Shown here piece by piece: positions 57,867-64,000 of a stretch of 64,000 bases of DNA. The stretch is from a virus (Duplodnaviria; Caudoviricetes). A program made the position numbers and the translations under genes. The stretch spans positions 1 through 64,000 of the IMG/VR virus record IMGVR_UViG_3300013947_000021. One strand, given 5' to 3'. Positions within the stretch are counted from its first letter, which is position 1, and each line of letters starts with the position of its first letter. The notes under the pieces are model-generated. The model searched no databases. It was not told the origin of the DNA and saw only the letters and a program-made list of their open reading frames with translations.

Positions 57867-59951
57867 TTATTTTTTCTTTTCTTCAGCTTTAGCTTTATCA
57901 GATATATTCTTTTCAGTATTAATCTGATTAGAGTTCATAAACATACTAGCATGAGCTCTAATAATTTGAGAAAGTTCACTAGTAATAAATTCTGCTGCAG
58001 TAAGCTTAGATGCAAATATATCTCTATAGCAATCTATATACATTTTAAATGTATTAGCATTGTTTACTGCTACATTATTATTGTGACCATCATCATTATC
58101 AAGCTTGCCTTTTTCTATTTCAGCTTCAGTAATATATCTATTAAATAAAATAGAATAATAAGACTCATTCTTTCCAGAAGGAGTAGGCTTACTTTCTATA
58201 TTATTATTATTCTGCTGATTATTATTTGCTTCAGGTTTTATATTCTCTCTATTAGAAGCACTATTCTTAAGATACCTAGTAGACTCATTATTTAACTTAT
58301 CAAAGTCTGATTTAATTCCTCTAAGGAAAGCATCAGTATTTTGAAGAAATCTAATCATATTAGGCTTATTTGCATTTAATTCATTCTGATTAAATTCACA
58401 TTTCTTAAACTTTTCTTCAGGCATTGATGCTCCATAATAAACTTTACAAAAATCTGTTATAGAAGTATTCTTATCAAAATCAACCTTTCTCTTAGAGAAC
58501 TGAGATGACTGATTAAAATCTTTAAGAAGATGCTTCTGGAAGAAATCTTCTTTAGAATCTATAGATTCTTTATCATTAAAAGATACTACATTGATAGGAT
58601 TCTGAATTCTATACATTCCTGCAAGAATATCTCCATTAGATTTTACAGATTGAAGAGTAATAGGCTTATTTATTATCTGCTCATTTCTCTTTATATAATC
58701 TGCATTATACTTCATACGAATATTAAGTTTCTTATAGAAATTATCTATCATTTTCTTAATATTCTCAGCACCTTTTCCTAAAGAATCCTGAGCATTTGCA
58801 ACTTCTGCTTCTTTAATAGCATTAAGTCTCTGAATTTTATTTGGATATTTATCTGTAATAATAGAAGCTTCTTCTTTAGCAAGAGTCCTATAGAAGTTAA
58901 AAAATTCAAATAAGGTATCATTTGCTTCAGTATTAAGAATAGTAGATATTTTAGATTCGCTAGATATTATCTCTTCAGAATCGGTATCCATATTGGTATA
59001 TTCAGAGAATCTAGTAGACTCGTTCATCTTGGTATATTCAGCAACCGCTTTAATTATAGCTTGAGCATTACCAATATAAGTTCTAATTACAGCATCAATC
59101 TGAGCACCAATTATCTGAGAATAAGACCAGCAAATATTAACTAATTTATTTGCTGCTATTAATTGATCCCCTTCAAGATCTTTGGATAATTCCATAAAAT
59201 TATTAAGAAAATCATTAATCTTATTTCTATACTTATTAAACTTAGAATCATCAATTACTGGATGATCTTTGGCATAATTCTTAATATCATCTATTGTAAT
59301 ATTAAATTTCTCAGTTTTTGTTGATGCATTTTTCAGCAATTCTAAGTATTCCTCTATAGTTTCAATATTAGAATCAGGATCAATTTCATGTGCTAAAAAT
59401 CTTATATTATCTTTGAGTTTATTTTCAGATATTTCAGAAATTGTGGCAAGCCCATCTTTATCATTCTTAATAGCTATTTTAAATTTATCTATAGTAAAAA
59501 GAATAAAATCATAAGACATAGTTATAGATTCATCATTTAACTTTAATTTATACGCACTATATAAATCTACAGAAAGATTCATATTCCTATATTTATCTTC
59601 ATTTTTAGCAATATTATCAATTATTGCATACATTCTTTTTACATTAGTAGTTCCAGAGCTATAATACATATATAGTCTCTTAAAGAAATTCTTAATCTTT
59701 TCAATTACTTTTTTAATAAACTCTTTGAAATTCTGCCAAGCATTTTCAGATAATACATTTGAATATGAATAATATGATTTATTAGCCATCATTTTATACA
59801 TATTCATTTCATATTCCGTAGTAGCTTCAAGAATGCTATTATTACATTCCTGAAGTATATTCATATATGAATTATCTTTTTCTTTATAAGTATTTATTGA
59901 AAGAGAATCTAAATTACTCGATTCTGATAAAATATTAGATGAGAAATTCAT
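57867..59951 (-). CDS. Probable internal head protein (protease-processed family)
   Basis: LSE followed by amphipathic NAWQNFKEFIKKVIEKIKNFFKRL; late motif 59979-59990. Confidence 0.6.
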   Translation of the reverse strand: MNFSSNILSESSNLDSLSINTYKEKDNSYMNILQECNNSILEATTEYEMNMYKMMANKSYYSYSNVLSENAWQNFKEFIKKVIEKIKNFFKRLYMYYSSGTTNVKRMYAIIDNIAKNEDKYRNMNLSVDLYSAYKLKLNDESITMSYDFILFTIDKFKIAIKNDKDGLATISEISENKLKDNIRFLAHEIDPDSNIETIEEYLELLKNASTKTEKFNITIDDIKNYAKDHPVIDDSKFNKYRNKINDFLNNFMELSKDLEGDQLIAANKLVNICWSYSQIIGAQIDAVIRTYIGNAQAIIKAVAEYTKMNESTRFSEYTNMDTDSEEIISSESKISTILNTEANDTLFEFFNFYRTLAKEEASIITDKYPNKIQRLNAIKEAEVANAQDSLGKGAENIKKMIDNFYKKLNIRMKYNADYIKRNEQIINKPITLQSVKSNGDILAGMYRIQNPINVVSFNDKESIDSKEDFFQKHLLKDFNQSSQFSKRKVDFDKNTSITDFCKVYYGASMPEEKFKKCEFNQNELNANKPNMIRFLQNTDAFLRGIKSDFDKLNNESTRYLKNSASNRENIKPEANNNQQNNNNIESKPTPSGKNESYYSILFNRYITEAEIEKGKLDNDDGHNNNVAVNNANTFKMYIDCYRDIFASKLTAAEFITSELSQIIRAHASMFMNSNQINTEKNISDKAKAEEKKK

Positions 59952-60071
59952 AATAAACCTCCTATATTAATTTAATTTTATTTATAAGTTAAATGCAGTA
60001 AAATAATCGCTTTATTATCAAAAAAAAACAATTAAGTAATATATATTACTTAATTGGAGGATAAATTTATT

Positions 60072-60758
60072 ATGAATGAAATTCACTTTTTAAATGAAGG
60101 ATTATTTTCATCCTTATTTGGAAATAAAGAAAAGAATAAAATACTTGAAAATTATTCAGAATATGATTTGAAGATAAGAAAATGTTTGGCTATTCTTGAA
60201 TATAAACTTGAAAAGATATATACCCCTATATTAGATTCATCTGAATTTTTAATAACTATAGAAGATGATAATGAAAATGAAATGCTTAAATATCCTGGCA
60301 AGATTGCTACTAATATATTAAAGGCATATAATATTAAAAAATCTATAGATAAAAATAATATTTCTAATGAATTAAAAATATCTGAAGAAATATTAAATAA
60401 AATAGACCATGATATAGAAAATGAATCTTCAAATATTTATAGTAAAAATGATATGGCAAATGCATTGGAAACAATATATAGTTATAAATTAAATAGTATT
60501 TATCAGAATTATCTTAAATTATTAAAATATGATTTAGTTGATTGTGATGCTGTATATGAAGGAAGCGGAAATAAACCACTTACTATTAATATGAAGTCTG
60601 GAATAAATGCAGATATTATTAATTGTTTTATTAATAATTTTATTAACGATATTAAAAGTATTGGTGATATAAGCAAACAATATTTTATTAAGTTTAAACA
60701 AAATATAGATCATGATATATCTGATGCAATATCTGATATAGAATTCATGAATGATTAA
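60072..60758 (+). CDS. Probable head protein (FLNE-GLFS motif)
   Basis: Late motif 60027-60038; GGAGG RBS. Confidence 0.6.
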   Translation: MNEIHFLNEGLFSSLFGNKEKNKILENYSEYDLKIRKCLAILEYKLEKIYTPILDSSEFLITIEDDNENEMLKYPGKIATNILKAYNIKKSIDKNNISNELKISEEILNKIDHDIENESSNIYSKNDMANALETIYSYKLNSIYQNYLKLLKYDLVDCDAVYEGSGNKPLTINMKSGINADIINCFINNFINDIKSIGDISKQYFIKFKQNIDHDISDAISDIEFMND

Positions 60759-60803
60759 TAAAAATCCTTAGGAAGATATCTTCCTAAGGATTTAATTTAG
60801 TAA

Positions 60804-61461
60804 TTACTTTTGATCAGAAGTCCATGTAATATCTCCTGCAGTATACTTAATCTGATCCTTCCACCATCTAAATGCATAAATAAATTCATCAAGTGCTTCA
60901 TACTCATCAGTATCAGGACCAAATTCGGTTATAGTTGCTCTAATCTTATCAACAAATTCTTTAGTATCAATAAGAGGCTCAAGATTATAAACTACTATCT
61001 GATAAATTCTATATACCCTCTTGTAATATTCACCATCCGGATAACTACATTTCTTAATGAGGTTCATATACTCATTAGAAACTTCTTCTTTCTTAAAGTC
61101 GGCTCTATTAAAAAATATTCTCTTCTTACGCATATCATCAAAGATATTTCCTTTAAGAGTACCCTTAATTTCTGCAACTTCTTTACCCATATCATCTTTA
61201 AGATCTTTAAGCTTTTTCAAGCCAGTCTTAAGCATATTAAATTTCTTTTTACAATTAGCTGCTGTATCTCCACTAAAGAAATTCTTATAAAGATCAGACA
61301 TTATATCAGTAGAAGCTTCACAATGAGTAAGATAATTATTAAGAAGTTTATCAGTCTTAGCAATAGCAGATTTAGATACTTCTCTTCCTCCAGCAGTGGA
61401 GAAAAGTATTCCTTCATTTATAAGAAGAAATAGATTCATTTAAGAATTTAATATTGTTCAT
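60804..61461 (-). CDS. Probable head protein with an apparent +1-nt frameshift near its 5' end
   Basis: RBS-led MNNIKFLNESISS is out of frame with INEGILFS... Confidence 0.55.
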
Positions 61462-61503
61462 ATTTGTATCCTTTCTAATAAAAAATAATATATTATAATT
61501 ATA

Positions 61504-63660
61504 TTACATAAATTTTATTTCACTAAATACATTATAATTATTAATTGATGTAAATAAAGATTCTTCATTTAAAAACTTTTTATAATCATTATAAAACTCT
61601 TCATTTTCAGCATCTTTATTTTTAGATTTATTAAATTTTATTTCATCAAGTTTTCTTTTTACCAAATATTTCAACTCATCTAAATCAAGCATCTTTTTAT
61701 TTTTTACAATAAAATATAACATAAGACCAGTACTATCATCATCATTAAATGCCCTTGAAATTGATAATGCACGGTTCGATCTATGAGTTATATTTTTTAT
61801 ATAATTTAAAAGTATGTTAATACAATCTTGCTTTATTGAAGGATATGTATTTTCAATTAAATCAATAAACTCTTTATCATTAATACCAAAACTATTGACC
61901 ATAAAATTCTTTATGCCATCTATAACTCTACTATATTCATACTGTGTTTTAAGATCGAAATAGCTCTTATATGCACCAATCCTAGATAAATATTTAAATA
62001 CATAGTATTTTTTAATATCATTATATGATATATTATTATCAGCAATTGCTTTTTTCAATCCGCTAGTATCAATAGAATAAAATTCTACATTTTCTTCATC
62101 ATCTGTATTAATTGGTTTAATTATTATTTTATCATAATAATCCTTAAGTATTTCTTTTACCCTTCTTGTTCTACATAAATCATATAACATATTAAATTTA
62201 TCATATTTAGTATTTATTATCTTAGCAAGCTTTCTTTCTGCGGATTGCGCCACTTTATAATATTCTTTATTTATCTTACCCATATTCATTTCTGTATTAT
62301 CTAATTTTGATCGATGAGGCTTATTCCTTAATGCAGATAAACAAACAAATTCTTCTATTGTAAATTCAGGTGCACATAATTTTTTAATTTTATCCACAGT
62401 TAATGAATCATAAAAAGCAGAGTTCTTTTTATCACGGTACTCCCAATTTTCATCATCTATGCCATTATCAACGACATCTATATTCTTAAAAGCTTTAACT
62501 ATTTCTTTATCAGTCTGTGCCTCTTCGACTTCCTTCTTATACTTATCCAGACCGGCTGTTATCTTAGCAGCATTTTCTGCAGCTATTTTATCCATTTCTG
62601 CTTTAATTCTAGCTTCTTCTGCTGCTTTCTTAGCTGCTATTTCTGCTAATTCTTTAGTCTTTTTAGCAAATTCTGCAGCTAATGTAGAATCTATAGAATC
62701 TATAATAACAGTTGATTCATCAATAACTTTTACTATGTAATCAGCTAATTTTTGATAATCACTTATTTCTTGATATATTTTTGTAGTATTTTTCGCGCAT
62801 GCATCAGATAAATATTTATTTAATTTTATTGAATTATCATATAACTCTTTTAAATATTTCTTCGAATCCTCAGAAGAATCTATAGTTATCTTTTTCTGAT
62901 ATTCTTTCTTAAGAGATCCATCTTTTTCATAGAAAGAATATTTTTTCTTTAAAGCATCACATACGTCATTTATATCAAAATCTTTACCAATATCAAGAAA
63001 TCCACCAAGTTCTTCATCATTTATCTTTTTTATTTCATTTTTTGCCTTATCAAGTTTCCTATACAATTCATCTAAATTATTTTTACAATCTTTCTTACAA
63101 TCTCTAATCCATTTATCTTTATTATAATCATAATTAGACTGTTTGTTTATACCAAATTTTCCTACATCTATAGCACTATCACTATTAGATTTAATATTTG
63201 ATTTACAATAATCAACACTATTTTTAATATCCATTACAAATGATCTAATTACTTCATCTATACCTTTAAACATCATTGAAACATTAAATTCAGTTTCTAG
63301 TTTACTAACAGTCCTAAATGCTTTATCAGAATCCAAGACTATAATTTCTACTTCTTTAAATTCTTCAGTATCTTTATCATCGTCTATATTTATATCTATA
63401 TCTATACCACGTATTTTATTTGATATATCTGTAAATTTTTTCTTTATAAATGCACCAAGCTATTTTAATTTATCCCATATCCATTTAAAAGCTTTCTTGA
63501 TCGCTTCTATAATAATAGTTTTGCCAATATTTTTAATATTAACCTCATTAAGTACATTTAATTCAGAAGGATTAAAACAATTACTAATATATCTATTTCC
63601 TTCATTAAATATAGTATTTATACTATATTCATTCATTATTCTTGTAGAATTATAAATCAT
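61504..63660 (-). CDS. Probable internal head protein interrupted by one in-frame TAG (63460-63462)
   Basis: WIWDKLK*LGAFIKKKF continues in frame into the 610-aa ORF; VLNE motif. Confidence 0.65.
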
Positions 63661-63662
63661 AA

Positions 63663-64000
63663 TTAATTATTACCTCCTACACCGAGTGCCGCATATTTAG
63701 GTTCATATGAATAATTTTTATAAGATACATCATTTGAATTATCAACATCTTTTTCTTTTTTGCTGCAAGCTTTAATAATCTTAAATGCTATATCTTTACT
63801 ATCTTTAACAGCCTGCATTGTAGTGACATATTTAAGAGAGGCCAATCTTATTACAGCATTACACTGCTTAATTATAAATGCATAATTATTAAAGATTTTG
63901 GAAAGTTTTTTATTCAATGGTGTTTTATCAACTATTCTTTCTTTTCTTCGCTTTATATCAGTTATAATCTTATCAACAGTACCTAAATATTTAAGATTCT
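63663..64000 (-). CDS. Partial CDS running off the window end
   Basis: Frame is open from the window edge to the stop at 63663. Confidence 0.7.
   Translation of the reverse strand, partial: NLKYLGTVDKIITDIKRRKERIVDKTPLNKKLSKIFNNYAFIIKQCNAVIRLASLKYVTTMQAVKDSKDIAFKIIKACSKKEKDVDNSNDVSYKNYSYEPKYAALGVGGNN

Noticed and set aside
1-64000. Genome-wide TAG reassignment (code 15)
   Set aside because: Core genes are uninterrupted under code 11, only one internal TAG was found, and TAG plausibly ends 30697..30969 and 40845..41564
1-64000. tRNA, rRNA, CRISPR arrays, IS elements, retron or DGR components
   Set aside because: No cloverleafs, regularly spaced repeats, transposase or reverse transcriptase motifs were recognised by eye; a tRNAscan run would be needed to be sure

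Overview
This is a very AT-rich segment of a jumbo phage genome of the AR9/PBS1-like (phiKZ-related, own multisubunit RNA polymerase) type. The host is probably a Firmicute, judging from GGAGG Shine-Dalgarno (SD) sites, a Spo0A-C-like ORF and a YdbC/PC4-like ORF. Replication and nucleotide genes: GyrA with a 152-aa mini-intein at the quinolone-resistance Ser, GyrB split by two ORF-less group I introns, a Dda/RecD-like helicase, a DnaB-like helicase, an SbcD-like nuclease, a PD-(D/E)XK nuclease, a primase and dCTP deaminase. Transcription genes: an RNAP beta' fragment carrying the catalytic DYDGD motif, and a 511-aa gene split by an HNH-bearing group I intron. From my recollection of that sequence, the split gene matches AR9 gp226, the uracil-reading sigma-like subunit of the non-virion RNAP. 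Also present are baseplate and other virion proteins and a tandem paralog array. Two promoter classes can be read directly: early-type ATAWTAT-N5-TG and AR9-late-type AACW-N6-TA. The least-explained signal is three ~100-125 nt non-coding units (late-type promoter, anti-SD tract, terminator), one with 17-nt perfect complementarity to the SD+AUG of a distant gene. There is also a candidate -1 frameshift, one in-frame amber stop and two single-base frameshifts. No tRNA, rRNA or CRISPR array was seen. All family assignments come from motif recognition without database searches.
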